Shown: positions 28,249 through 37,919, counted from the first letter of the stretch. The stretch is DNA of 64,000 nucleotides from Treponemataceae bacterium (GCA_963667725.2 CAXXHO010000003.1:2016001-2080000); one strand, 5' to 3'. Notes: a model not told the origin generated them from the sequence alone. Program-made: numbers and translations.

Positions 28249-29160
28249 ATGGGATCGATCTTCAACGCCCAACAAATCGTTAATGGCCTGCAAGTAGGCT
28301 CGATCTACGCGCTTATCGCCTTGGGCTATACGATGGTCTATGGCATCGTGAGGCTCATCAACTTCGCGCACGGCGATTTCTATATGATCGGGGCATACGC
28401 TTCGTACGGGGCATTTTTCCTGTTCAACGCGTTTTTCGCCGGCAAGACAGGAATACTCGCCTTCATCGTCCTCGTGGCTTCCATGCTCGCGGGCGGCCTG
28501 ATAGCGATGCTCGCCAACCGTCTCGCGTACAGGCCGCTGCGCTACAAGCCTAAGCTCTCCTCCCTCATCACCGCCATCGGCGTCTCCATGTTCCTCGAGT
28601 ATTTCTTCTCCGCCCTTCCCATGATCGGCCCTTCCTACCGATCCTTTCCCGACATACTGCCGAGGGTGGAGATCAACCTGGGCATCGCCACGATATCCAA
28701 TTATGTCATCATCGATATCGCCGTCGCCGCCGTCCTCATGGTGGGGCTCACCATCCTCGTCCGCTACTCCGTCCTCGGAAAGGCGATGCGCGCCGTCTCC
28801 CAGGACAAGGACGCCGCACGACTGATGGGCATCGACATCGAAAAAGTCATCGGCTATACCTTTATGATAGGCGGAGCCTTCGCCGGCGTCGCGGGGCTTC
28901 TGGCCGGGATGACCTATCCCAGGATTTTCCCCTACATGGGCATCCAGCCAGGCCTCAAGGCCTTCATCGCGGCCGTTCTCGGCGGCATAGGCAGCATACC
29001 TGGAGCAGTGCTCGGGGCTTATATCATGGGTCTTGCCGAAACCTTCGCCTCGGCCTACAACTCCCTCATCGGCGAGGGAATCGCTTTCGCGATTCTCATC
29101 CTCGTCCTTCTCATCAGGCCCAGAGGCCTACTCGGCGAAAAGACCGCCGACAAGATTTAG
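28249..29160 (+). CDS. livH: HAAT ABC transporter permease LivH
   Basis: NGLQVGSIYALIALGYTMVYGIVRLINFAHGD; KAFIAAVLGGIGSIPG. Confidence 0.95.
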   Translation: MGSIFNAQQIVNGLQVGSIYALIALGYTMVYGIVRLINFAHGDFYMIGAYASYGAFFLFNAFFAGKTGILAFIVLVASMLAGGLIAMLANRLAYRPLRYKPKLSSLITAIGVSMFLEYFFSALPMIGPSYRSFPDILPRVEINLGIATISNYVIIDIAVAAVLMVGLTILVRYSVLGKAMRAVSQDKDAARLMGIDIEKVIGYTFMIGGAFAGVAGLLAGMTYPRIFPYMGIQPGLKAFIAAVLGGIGSIPGAVLGAYIMGLAETFASAYNSLIGEGIAFAILILVLLIRPRGLLGEKTADKI

Positions 29161-29169
29161 GAGCGCGCG

Positions 29170-30171
29170 ATGCCAAATCTCAAGACGATAAAACTGCCAA
29201 AACTGCTCATATTCGCGGCCGTTCTCTATGCCGCGATAGAAATTCTATATAAGACCGACCTGATGAACGGCTATATCCTCCATATCATAAATCAGTCGCT
29301 CATCTACGTGATTCTCGCGGTCAGCCTCAACCTCATCAACGGCATCACGGGCCAGTTCTCCCTCGGGCACATGGGATTCGCCGGCGTGGGCGCCTATGTA
29401 TCGGGTACTTTGACGACCCTCATTTTCAAGCTCAGCCCCTCGGCCCCGGGCGGGATGCTGGTCTTCATCGCGAGCATCGTCGCGGGAGGCATAGCCGCCG
29501 CCATCATCGGTTTTCTCATCGGCTTCCCCTCGCTCAGGCTCAAGGGCGACTATCTGGCCATCGTCACCCTCGGTTTCGGCGAGATCATCAGGACGGTCTT
29601 CAATAACATAGACTATGTCGGCGGGCCGCGCGGCCTCCTCGGCATCCCGAAATTTTCCAACTTCACCGTTATCTTCGTCGCCGCCTTCCTGACCATCGTC
29701 ATCATACGCAATCTCATCGAGTCCTCGCATGGAAGGGCCATGCTCTCCATACGAGAGAACGAGCTGGCCGCCGAACTCGTCGGCATCGATACCACGAAGT
29801 ACAAGGTTCTCGCCTTTAGCATCGGCGCTTTCTTCGCCGGAATCGCGGGCGGCCTCTTCGCCCATCTCCTCCAGCTCGCGCACCCCACGCAGTTCGGCTT
29901 CATCAAATCGGTGGAAGTGTTGATAATGATCTATGCCGGCGGCGTGGGCTCCATCACCGGTTCCACGGTCGCCGCCTTCGCCCTCACCTTCCTTTCCGAA
30001 GGCCTCAGGCTCGGCATCCGCTTCGTGGCGGACACCACCGGCCTTCCGATCGGCGGCGAATGGAGAATGGTCATCTACTCGCTGCTGCTCATCTTCATAA
30101 TGCTCTTCAGAACCGAAGGACTCATGGGAACGAAGGAATCCCGCCTAATCAAAATCGGGGAGGCCGACTGA
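29170..30171 (+). CDS. livM: HAAT ABC transporter permease LivM
   Basis: GQFSLGH, LRLKGDYLAIVTLGFGEIIR. Confidence 0.95.
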   Translation: MPNLKTIKLPKLLIFAAVLYAAIEILYKTDLMNGYILHIINQSLIYVILAVSLNLINGITGQFSLGHMGFAGVGAYVSGTLTTLIFKLSPSAPGGMLVFIASIVAGGIAAAIIGFLIGFPSLRLKGDYLAIVTLGFGEIIRTVFNNIDYVGGPRGLLGIPKFSNFTVIFVAAFLTIVIIRNLIESSHGRAMLSIRENELAAELVGIDTTKYKVLAFSIGAFFAGIAGGLFAHLLQLAHPTQFGFIKSVEVLIMIYAGGVGSITGSTVAAFALTFLSEGLRLGIRFVADTTGLPIGGEWRMVIYSLLLIFIMLFRTEGLMGTKESRLIKIGEAD

Positions 30172-30941
30172 TGTCCGCCCAGCTCAGCATCCAGGGAATG
30201 ACACACTACTTCGGCGGACTGCGCGCCGTATCCAATTTCAGCTTCGACGTCCCCCAGGGAGCCATTTACGGTCTCATAGGCCCCAACGGCTCGGGAAAGA
30301 CGACGACATTCAACCTCATCACCGGCATCTACAACCCCACCGAAGGCAAGGTCCTCTTCGAAGGCAAGGATATCACCGGGATGAAGCCCTACAAAATAGT
30401 GCGCAGCGGCATAGCGAGAACTTTCCAGAACCTCAGGATATTCTCGAATCTCACCGCTCTCGACAATATTCGGATTGCCCGGCACTATACGACGAAATCG
30501 GGAATAGCCTCCTCGATTCTCCGCCTTCCTTCCTTCATGAACGAGGAGAAGACGGTAAAGCGAGAATCGGCCGCTCTCCTCGACTTGATGCACCTCTCAA
30601 GCAGGGCAAACGAGGAGGCCAAGAACCTCCCCTATGGCGAACTTCGCCGGCTGGAGATCGCGCGCGCCCTCGCCACCAAGCCCAAGCTGATCCTCCTGGA
30701 CGAACCGGCCGCGGGCATGAATCCCAAGGAAGTAGAGGAGCTCATGAGCCTCATCGTCCGGATCCGCGATGAGTTCAAGGTCACGATCTTTCTCATCGAA
30801 CATCATATGAAGGTCGTCATGGGAATCTGCGAATACATCAAGGTCATCGATTTCGGCGAAACCATAGCCGAAGGCATTCCCGATCTCGTCGGCAAGGACC
30901 CAAAAGTCCTGGAAGCCTATCTCGGAAAGAGGGGCGCGTAA
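30171..30941 (+). CDS. livG: HAAT ABC transporter ATPase LivG
   Basis: GPNGSGKTT, IARTFQN, LPYGELRRLEIARAL, LLDEPAAG; ATG overlaps the livM stop. Confidence 0.95.
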   Translation: MSAQLSIQGMTHYFGGLRAVSNFSFDVPQGAIYGLIGPNGSGKTTTFNLITGIYNPTEGKVLFEGKDITGMKPYKIVRSGIARTFQNLRIFSNLTALDNIRIARHYTTKSGIASSILRLPSFMNEEKTVKRESAALLDLMHLSSRANEEAKNLPYGELRRLEIARALATKPKLILLDEPAAGMNPKEVEELMSLIVRIRDEFKVTIFLIEHHMKVVMGICEYIKVIDFGETIAEGIPDLVGKDPKVLEAYLGKRGA

Positions 30942-31645
30942 TGCTTGTCGTTAAAAACCTCAAAGTGAACTACGGTAAGATAGAAGCGATAAAGGATGTA
31001 TCCTTCGAAGTCCCCGACGGAAAGATCGTCACCCTCATCGGCGCCAACGGCGCGGGCAAGACCACCACCCTCCGCGCCCTCTCCGGTCTGGAGAAATGTT
31101 CGGGCGGAAGCATCCTCTTCGACGGCAAGGAAATCGCCAACGTGGACGCCCATAAGCTCGTCCCCTTGGGGATCAGCCATGTCCCCGAAGGCCGTAAGAT
31201 ATTCCCCACCCTGACGGTTCGCGAAAACCTCGAGCTGGCCGGATGGACGATCAAGGACAAGAAGCTCGTAAAGCAGCGCATGGAGGAAGTTTTCGAAATA
31301 TTCCCGCGCGTAAAGGAAAGGGCCGGCCAGCTGGGCGGGACGCTTTCCGGCGGCGAGCAGCAGATGCTGGCGGTAGGCAGGGCTCTCGTGACGGGAGGGA
31401 AGCTTCTTCTCCTGGATGAACCTTCAATGGGTCTGGCTCCCGTCCTCGTCGACGAAATCTTCGAGCAGATCGTTGCCATCAACAAGCGGGGCACCACCAT
31501 ACTGCTGGTGGAGCAGAACGCCGCGGAAGCCCTCGACATAGCCGATTTCGCCTATGTCCTGGAAGTCGGCTACACGACGATCAGCGGCTCGGCCAAGGAT
31601 ATCGCCGCCGATCCGCGCGTCAGGGAAGCGTATCTGGGAGTATAA
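30941..31645 (+). CDS. livF: HAAT ABC transporter ATPase LivF
   Basis: GANGAGKTT, VPEGRKIF, LSGGEQQML, LLDEPSMGLAP. Confidence 0.95.
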   Translation: MLVVKNLKVNYGKIEAIKDVSFEVPDGKIVTLIGANGAGKTTTLRALSGLEKCSGGSILFDGKEIANVDAHKLVPLGISHVPEGRKIFPTLTVRENLELAGWTIKDKKLVKQRMEEVFEIFPRVKERAGQLGGTLSGGEQQMLAVGRALVTGGKLLLLDEPSMGLAPVLVDEIFEQIVAINKRGTTILLVEQNAAEALDIADFAYVLEVGYTTISGSAKDIAADPRVREAYLGV

Positions 31646-31693
31646 AAAGCAGACAGGATCACAGGATCGCGATGATCGACAGGAAAAAGATAT

Positions 31694-31745
31694 AGCTAAA
31701 GAAAGAGGAGAAGATCTAGTTCTCCTCCTTCTTTAGCTTTTTTTT
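31694..31745 (+). terminator. Intrinsic terminator of the liv operon
   Basis: AGCTAAAGAAAGAGGAGAA-loop-TTCTCCTCCTTCTTTAGCT followed by a T run. Confidence 0.8.
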
Positions 31746-31836
31746 CCTTTTTTCCCGACTAAACCTGACAAGGATTCAGGACGAAAAAGCGGCCCGATAC
31801 CCCTGCCGGTTTCTATCCAAAAGGACGATATTTTTC

Positions 31837-31865
31837 TTGCGGAACAAGCCGATTGGTGCTAAATT
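31837..31865 (+). promoter_or_regulatory. sigma70-type promoter of the flavoprotein reductase
   Basis: TTGCGG-17 nt-TAAATT with extended TG. Confidence 0.45.
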
Positions 31866-31926
31866 CTCTTGAACGATAATCCCATTATTATCGATTCAAA
31901 AAGCATTATTAGGGGGAAAAAGACTC

Positions 31927-34428
31927 ATGAAGCGTTCAAGAATTTTAGCCGCAGCGCTAATGGCGCTACTGCTGGTCCTTTCGGCATGCACGAATGCGCC
32001 ATCGGATCAGGGAACCGCGGGTATATATACGCCAGGGACCTATACGGCGTCCGGAAAAGGCTATGGCGGCATGGTAGATGTGACGGTCACCGTGGATACG
32101 AAGAAGATTACGGCGGTCAAGGTCCTGGGAGACAAGGAGACCAAGGGAATCGGCTCCAGGGCAATCGACGAACTCCCGGCGATGATCGTGGCAGCCAACG
32201 GCAAGGTTGACGCCATAGCGGGGGCTTCCTTCACTTCCGCGGCAATCTTCGAAGGCCTGAACGGCGCTTTGGGCAAGGCTAAAGGCAACATTGCCATCAC
32301 GGCGCCGATCGCCTTCAAGCCTGGGACATATTTCGGAAAAGCGAAAGGCTACAATGGAGACGTGGTCCTGAAAGTAACCTTTACCGAGACGTCGATCGCC
32401 GATATCGCCGTGGACAAATCCAAGGAAACCGAACACGTCGGCGACTCCGCCTATCCCATTATCCTCAAGGATATCAAGGACTTCACCTCCACGGGCGTGG
32501 ATATCGTTTCGGGAGCCACCTTCACGAGCCGGGCCTCTCTGCTCGCCGTGGAGGACGCCGCGAAGCAGGCCGGCTGCGACCTGGCTGCTCTCCGCAAAGG
32601 AGCGAAACCCTTCATTCTTACCCCCGGACCGAAGATCGTCGAGAATTACGACATCGTGATCGTGGGCGCGGGAGGCGCGGGCATGGCCGCCGCCGCCCAG
32701 GCAGCGCAGGAAGGCGTCACCGTCCTCGTCATCGAGAAAGCCGTGGAGATGGGGGGCAACACCCTCGTATCGGGCGGCGCGTATCAGGCTGTCCAGCCTT
32801 CGATGGTCTGGGATCCGAAGAATCCCGAGGCCACCACGGGCGTCTACGAGCCCACAAACACCGTCGTTCCGAAGTTCAAGAGCGATGTGGGACGCCTCGC
32901 CACGCTCAAGACCATACTGAACTGGAGCGAGAAACCGTTTGACGGTACGATACAGGACAAAGCCGCGATAAAGGACGTCGACAGCTACAACCTGCCATCC
33001 CGCGGCGTCCACCCCGATTACCTTCCTACCCTCCTCACGCTGAAGGGGCAGATCAAAGAATACATCGCCTACGCCGACAAGCACTTCGCGATGGGGCAGA
33101 AGGAAACCGATCTCACCGTGTTCTCAACCCCTGAACTTTTCGTCTTCCAGACCTACTACGGTGGGCTTCGCCTGGACAAGGCCAAAGATAAGTGGATCAC
33201 GAACGAGTTCGCCCTGGTGGACCAGATCTGCCGCCAGGCCTACAACATCAGGCCATGGCTCGAAAAGCAGGGCGCCATCATAGACAACGCCCAGAGGACC
33301 TTGATCGGCTGCTTGTGGCAGCGAATCAACCCCGTGCAGGGCGGCGTCGTGGATGGAGTCAAGTATTCCGGAAAGTGGGGCGCTTATTTCAAGGTTCCCG
33401 AGAACACCCTGCTCAAGGCGAACCCGAAGAATAAAATCATGTACCGGACGACCGCGACTTCCTTGCTGACCAATCAGGGGCGCGTAACCGGGGTCAAGGC
33501 TAGGCGGTTTGACGGCACCGAAGTCGAGGTCACGGCTGCCAAGGGCGTCATCCTCGCCACGGGCGGCTACGGCGCCAACATAAAAATGGTCATGGACACG
33601 AATGAGTATTGGGACTCGAAGTTCCTTACCGCCACTATCAAGACCACCAACCGCAACCTCGCCCAGGGCGAAGGAATCACGATGGGCAAGGCCGCCGGCG
33701 CGGCCGTCACCGGTATGGGTTGGACCCAGCTCATGCCTCTCGGCTGGATCGATAACGGGAATCTCGCGGGCGGTACCGGCGAGAACGTCATCTACATCAG
33801 CCCCGCTGGCACTCCAAACATCGGCAAACGCTATGTGGACGAAGCGGCCGAGCGCGATGTGCTCAGCCAGGGCGCCTTCGATTTCGGCACCGACGGCGGG
33901 CAGTATATAGAACTGAGCAATCCGGGAACCCTTGCCAGTTCGGCGGGAGTCCCTGGGGCGGCGACTAGCAGCGCCAACATCCCCGGGAGAGTCTTCATCG
34001 GGACTTTGGACGAAGCCGCCGCGATGCTGAAGATCGATGCCGCGGTCCTGAAGAAAACAATCTCGGACTACGACGCCTTCATCATCGGCTCTACCGACAA
34101 GAAACCGGTTCCCAACAAGACCGCATACCGCGGCACGATCGGCAGCTGCGAAAAGGACGCCAAGGGGAATTACCTCATCGATACGTACAAGATCGATAAG
34201 GTTATGGTTCGCTGGATGGCGCCATCGACACACCACACGATGGGCGGGCTCGTCGTGGATACAAGCCGTCACGTTCTGAACGCGAAAAACAAGGTCATCC
34301 CTGGCCTCTATGCCGCTGGTGAGGTTACCGGCGGTTTCTTCGCCGGGAATCGACTTGGCGGCAACGCTGTGATGGAAATCCTCGTATCAGGCCGGATCGC
34401 GGGTACTTCCGCGGCGAATGGAAAGTAA
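31927..34428 (+). CDS. urdA: Lipoprotein flavocytochrome-c-family reductase with two FMN-binding (flavinylation) domains; probable urocanate reductase
   Basis: Lipobox LSAC(21); flavinylation motifs DAIAGAS and DIVSGAT; GAGGAG FAD motif; QLMP (Met at the substrate-discriminating position), EAAERD, HHTMGG, GNRLGGNA. Confidence 0.75.
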   Translation: MKRSRILAAALMALLLVLSACTNAPSDQGTAGIYTPGTYTASGKGYGGMVDVTVTVDTKKITAVKVLGDKETKGIGSRAIDELPAMIVAANGKVDAIAGASFTSAAIFEGLNGALGKAKGNIAITAPIAFKPGTYFGKAKGYNGDVVLKVTFTETSIADIAVDKSKETEHVGDSAYPIILKDIKDFTSTGVDIVSGATFTSRASLLAVEDAAKQAGCDLAALRKGAKPFILTPGPKIVENYDIVIVGAGGAGMAAAAQAAQEGVTVLVIEKAVEMGGNTLVSGGAYQAVQPSMVWDPKNPEATTGVYEPTNTVVPKFKSDVGRLATLKTILNWSEKPFDGTIQDKAAIKDVDSYNLPSRGVHPDYLPTLLTLKGQIKEYIAYADKHFAMGQKETDLTVFSTPELFVFQTYYGGLRLDKAKDKWITNEFALVDQICRQAYNIRPWLEKQGAIIDNAQRTLIGCLWQRINPVQGGVVDGVKYSGKWGAYFKVPENTLLKANPKNKIMYRTTATSLLTNQGRVTGVKARRFDGTEVEVTAAKGVILATGGYGANIKMVMDTNEYWDSKFLTATIKTTNRNLAQGEGITMGKAAGAAVTGMGWTQLMPLGWIDNGNLAGGTGENVIYISPAGTPNIGKRYVDEAAERDVLSQGAFDFGTDGGQYIELSNPGTLASSAGVPGAATSSANIPGRVFIGTLDEAAAMLKIDAAVLKKTISDYDAFIIGSTDKKPVPNKTAYRGTIGSCEKDAKGNYLIDTYKIDKVMVRWMAPSTHHTMGGLVVDTSRHVLNAKNKVIPGLYAAGEVTGGFFAGNRLGGNAVMEILVSGRIAGTSAANGK

Positions 34429-34463
34429 CATAGCGCGCATACTGGTTTCATAAGACAATGCGT

Positions 34464-34508
34464 AAAGAAAGGCTGTCCGTAGCGTATCGAGGACAGCCTT
34501 TCTTTTTT
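34464..34508 (+). terminator. Intrinsic terminator after the reductase
   Basis: AAAGAAAGGCTGTCC...GGACAGCCTTTCTTTTTT. Confidence 0.85.
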
Positions 34509-34566
34509 ATTCGCCTCGGCGCGATATCATGTAAATCCTGTCCATTTCTTTATCTCTGCTATAAAT

Positions 34567-34599
34567 AAAAAAGGCCCCGCGGAATTCCACGGGGCCTTT
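34567..34599 (-). terminator. Intrinsic terminator ending the ribosomal supercluster
   Basis: Minus strand GGCCCCGUGG-AAUU-CCGCGGGGCC-U6; the G-U pair only works in this orientation. Confidence 0.85.
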
Positions 34600-34617
34600 C
34601 GACATAGTATGTTTAGC

Positions 34618-34788
34618 TTATTTCTTGTTGGCGAGGGTTGCTTTGCAGGTTTTGCAGATCTTGGTCTTCTTGCCTTCGATTTCCTGCTCGTAGAGAACCT
34701 TTACGGATTCCCTCTTGCAGATGGGGCAAGTGCCGCGGCCGTGGGCTACCGTCTCGGCAAGGCCTTTCCCTCTATGCGCTTTGGACAT
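34618..34788 (-). CDS. 56-aa basic zinc-finger protein (CxxC-x20-CxxC), last gene of the alpha operon; absent from the ORF track
   Basis: AGGAGG RBS 16 nt downstream of the rplQ stop region; MSKAHRGKGLAETVAHGRGTCPICKRESVKVLYEQEIEGKKTKICKTCKATLANKK*; terminator directly after. Confidence 0.85.
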   Translation of the reverse strand: MSKAHRGKGLAETVAHGRGTCPICKRESVKVLYEQEIEGKKTKICKTCKATLANKK

Positions 34789-34804
34789 GTTATCCTCCTG
34801 GACT

Positions 34805-35242
34805 TCAGTCGGCTTTCTTGGCGGCTGTTGCCTTGGCTTTCTTTTCGGCCTTGCGCTTTTCGCGTTCCGCCTTCTTGTCGTCCTCTTTCCTGTCTACCAG
34901 CTCGAGGATCACCATATCGGCGCCGTCGTTGGCGCGAGCACCAATCCTGAGGATCCTGGTGTAGCCGCCGGCCCTATCCTTGAAACGGGGACCGATGTCG
35001 GTGAAAAGCTTGGCGAGAATCGCCTCATCGGTGATCTTGCGGCCGATGATCCTGCGATTGTGGACCGAGTCTTCCTTTGCCCTGGTGATCATCTTTTCGG
35101 CGAGACGGCGGGTCTCGATAGCCTTGGCACGGGTGGTCTCGATGCGCTCGTGCTTGAAGAGGACCGTCGCCATATTCCTGAGAAGGGCTTTTCGGTGGGC
35201 CGATACCCTGTTCAGTTTGTTAAACCCGATTTTATGCTTCAT
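34805..35242 (-). CDS. rplQ: 50S ribosomal protein L17
   Basis: [25 protein letters not shown]; Lys/Ala-rich tail. Confidence 0.97.
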   Translation of the reverse strand: MKHKIGFNKLNRVSAHRKALLRNMATVLFKHERIETTRAKAIETRRLAEKMITRAKEDSVHNRRIIGRKITDEAILAKLFTDIGPRFKDRAGGYTRILRIGARANDGADMVILELVDRKEDDKKAEREKRKAEKKAKATAAKKAD

Positions 35243-36287
35243 CAGTCTCTTCCTTCTTCATGCTGAGTTTTAGATAGTTTCTCAGGGGCGTGTAATCCGT
35301 CATGCCCAGGCTAAGATTCCATTCGCCGAGTTTCGCCTTGATCTCCAGGAGGGATTTCTTGCCGAAATTCCGGGTTTTGGTGATTTCTTCCTCAGTCTTC
35401 CTTGTCAGATCGCCAATGGTCTTGATATTGGCGTTCTTGAGGCAATTGGAGGATCTCACGGAGAGCTCCAGTTCCTCGACGGGGGTGTTGAGAATCTGCC
35501 GCACCCTTTCTTCTATCTCATCGTTCTGCTCGTCGCCCGAAGCTTCATCCTCATCGAAATTGATGAAGATCGAGAAATGGTCCTTGGCGATCTTGGCCGC
35601 CTCGCCGAGAGCGTCCTCGGGGCGGGTAGTGCCGTCGGTCCAGATCTCCAGGTTCAGTTTATCGTAGTCCGAGCGCTGACCGACCCTGGTGGGTTCGATC
35701 GAATACTTCACCTTGGTTACCGGTGTAAAAATCGCGTCCATCGGAATGGTGCCCACGATTTCTATATACCGTTCGTTGACTTCGGCGGGCACGTAGCCCC
35801 TTCCCAAGTCAACCTGGATTTCTATATCGAGGTGGACATCCTTATCCAGGGTCGCGATCTTGATCTCTGGATTCAATACTTCAATCGGTTTGTCGGCCGA
35901 GAAGAAAGATCCGCGGATCTCCTCGATGCCCTGTACCTCGTAGAGGAAAGTGCCCTGTTCCTGGTCGTTGGGCAGGCGCACTCTCAGCTGCTTGAGGCTG
36001 TTCAGGAACTCTATAGTGTCTTCCACCACGCCAGGGATGGTCTCGAATTCGCTGGTGACGATATGCTGGGCACCCTCGTCATCGTAACGCACAATCCTGA
36101 CCGCGGTGATCGCGTAGCCCTGGATGGACGAAAGCAGAATGCGGCGCAGGGTGTTTCCAACCGTTGTTCCATATCCAGGCTCGAAAGGATAGGCGATGAA
36201 CTTTCCGTACGACGGCCCTGATTCGCTTTGCTCGTAGGTAATGCCCTTCGGCCTCTTGAAACCCTTGAGAAGGTTCTTCCGCGCCAT
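35232..36287 (-). CDS. rpoA: RNA polymerase alpha subunit
   Basis: [41 protein letters not shown]. Confidence 0.98.
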   Translation of the reverse strand: MARKNLLKGFKRPKGITYEQSESGPSYGKFIAYPFEPGYGTTVGNTLRRILLSSIQGYAITAVRIVRYDDEGAQHIVTSEFETIPGVVEDTIEFLNSLKQLRVRLPNDQEQGTFLYEVQGIEEIRGSFFSADKPIEVLNPEIKIATLDKDVHLDIEIQVDLGRGYVPAEVNERYIEIVGTIPMDAIFTPVTKVKYSIEPTRVGQRSDYDKLNLEIWTDGTTRPEDALGEAAKIAKDHFSIFINFDEDEASGDEQNDEIEERVRQILNTPVEELELSVRSSNCLKNANIKTIGDLTRKTEEEITKTRNFGKKSLLEIKAKLGEWNLSLGMTDYTPLRNYLKLSMKKEETDEA

Positions 36288-36296
36288 TTCGGCTCC

Positions 36297-36932
36297 TTAT
36301 TTCGAGTAAAGCTCGACGACGAGCTGCTCGCGAATATCTGCCATATCGGTGATATCCTGGCGATGTGGGTAAGCGACAAGGCGGCCGGCCATGTCGTCAG
36401 GATTGATCTCGATCCAGGGCATGGTGCCGGACTTGCCGACTTCCTGCAGAGCGTTCTTGATCATATCCAGCTTCTTCGCCTGTTCAACCACCGAAACCTT
36501 GTCCCCCGCTTTTACGGAGAAGGACGAGATGTTGACCCTCTTGCCGTTCACGGCTATATGGCCATGGCTTACGAGCTGGCGGGCCTGAGCGCGGGAGGTG
36601 GCGAGGTGCATTCTATAGACCACATTGTCGAGCCTGCGCTCGAGCAATATGAAAAGGTTCTCGCCGGTCTTCCCGGGCATGGAGAGGGCTTTTTCGAAGG
36701 AATTGCGGAACTGCGTTTCCATGAGACCATAGGCTCTCTTGAGCGTCTGCTTCTCGCGGAGCTGAACGGCGTATTCCGACTTCTTGCCCATCCTGGCTTT
36801 CGGGGCCTTCCCGGGGGGGAGGCGTTTGCGGTTCACGGGGCATTTGTCGCTCTTGCAGCGATCGCCCTTGAGGAAAAGTTTCTTCTGCTCGGTGCGGCAA
36901 AGCCTGCACACGGGTCCAATATAACGTGCCAT
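36297..36932 (-). CDS. rpsD: 30S ribosomal protein S4 (zinc-binding type)
   Basis: MARYIGPVCRLCR, LERRLDNVVYR, ARQLVSHGH. Confidence 0.97.
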   Translation of the reverse strand: MARYIGPVCRLCRTEQKKLFLKGDRCKSDKCPVNRKRLPPGKAPKARMGKKSEYAVQLREKQTLKRAYGLMETQFRNSFEKALSMPGKTGENLFILLERRLDNVVYRMHLATSRAQARQLVSHGHIAVNGKRVNISSFSVKAGDKVSVVEQAKKLDMIKNALQEVGKSGTMPWIEINPDDMAGRLVAYPHRQDITDMADIREQLVVELYSK

Positions 36933-36951
36933 ATGTTTTTCTAACCCCCTG

Positions 36952-37335
36952 TCAGATACGGCGAGCCTTTCTAGGCCTGCAACCATTATGGGGAATGGGT
37001 GTTACGTCGCTTATGGTTTTCACCTTAAGTCCAAGCGCACCCAACTGACGAATCGCAGATTCGCGTCCGATACCAGGGCCCTTCACGAAGACATGAACTT
37101 CGCGGAGGCCACTGTTCATGGCTTTCTGCACAACAGTTTCCGCAACAGTCTGAGCGGCAAAGGGGGTAGATTTTTTCGCCCCTCTGAACTGATGCGTGCC
37201 CGAACTGGACCAAGCGATGGTATTGCCATTCAAGTCCGTGATCGTGATGATCGTGTTGTTGAAAGTCGCCTGGATATAGACGTTGCCTTCGTAAACACTC
37301 TTCTTCTCTTTTCTTTTCTTCGTAGTAACTGCCAC
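36952..37335 (-). CDS. rpsK: 30S ribosomal protein S11
   Basis: [23 protein letters not shown]. Confidence 0.98.
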   Translation of the reverse strand: MAVTTKKRKEKKSVYEGNVYIQATFNNTIITITDLNGNTIAWSSSGTHQFRGAKKSTPFAAQTVAETVVQKAMNSGLREVHVFVKGPGIGRESAIRQLGALGLKVKTISDVTPIPHNGCRPRKARRI

Positions 37336-37351
37336 TTTGGCGCCCCTTTAG

Positions 37352-37723
37352 TTATGCAGCCTTTTTCTTGTTGGCGACAGTCTTGCGCTTGCCCTTTCTG
37401 GTGCGCGCATTCGTCCTGGTCCTCTGTCCGTTGACAGGAAGTCCCTTCCTGTGCCTTAGGCCACGGTAGCATCCGATATCCATGAGCCTCTTGATGTTGA
37501 GGGCGATTTCGGTGCGAAGACGACCTTCGACCTTGAAATCATTCTCAATTACCTTACGAAGCTCGTTGATCTCTTCGTTCGAAAGCTCATTGATCTTCTT
37601 GTTGGGATCAATACCGGTGGTTTCGCAAATTTTTCTAGCGCTTGTCCTGCCCAAACCATAAATATATGTTAGGGCAATTTCGACATGCTTGTTGGGGAGG
37701 TCAATTCCCGCTATACGTGCCAT
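37352..37723 (-). CDS. rpsM: 30S ribosomal protein S13
   Basis: [23 protein letters not shown]. Confidence 0.98.
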   Translation of the reverse strand: MARIAGIDLPNKHVEIALTYIYGLGRTSARKICETTGIDPNKKINELSNEEINELRKVIENDFKVEGRLRTEIALNIKRLMDIGCYRGLRHRKGLPVNGQRTRTNARTRKGKRKTVANKKKAA

Positions 37724-37740
37724 GAGATTCCTCCTGCCCT

Positions 37741-37854
37741 TCAGCCTTGCTTCTGTTTGTGCTTCGGGTTTTCGCAAACGATCCTGACAATGCCATTCCT
37801 GCGAATGACCTTGCACTTGTCGCATATTTTCTTGACGCTCGTCCTGACCTTCAT
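37741..37854 (-). CDS. rpmJ: 50S ribosomal protein L36 (below the ORF-track cutoff)
   Basis: [37 protein letters not shown]. Confidence 0.97.
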   Translation of the reverse strand: MKVRTSVKKICDKCKVIRRNGIVRIVCENPKHKQKQG

Positions 37855-37919
37855 AGGTTCCCCTTATACGCTCGCGCAAAGCGCGGACACGCAATTAAAT
37901 ACCATATTCCAAAAAAATT

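Noticed and set aside
34609..34950. 113-aa and 108-aa plus-strand ORFs near rplQ
   Set aside because: They are antisense shadows of rplQ and the 56-aa zinc-finger gene, which has the RBS and terminator
37855..37919. Missing adk, map and infA between secY and rpmJ
   Set aside because: Known arrangement in Treponema/Borrelia-type spirochetes; not novel
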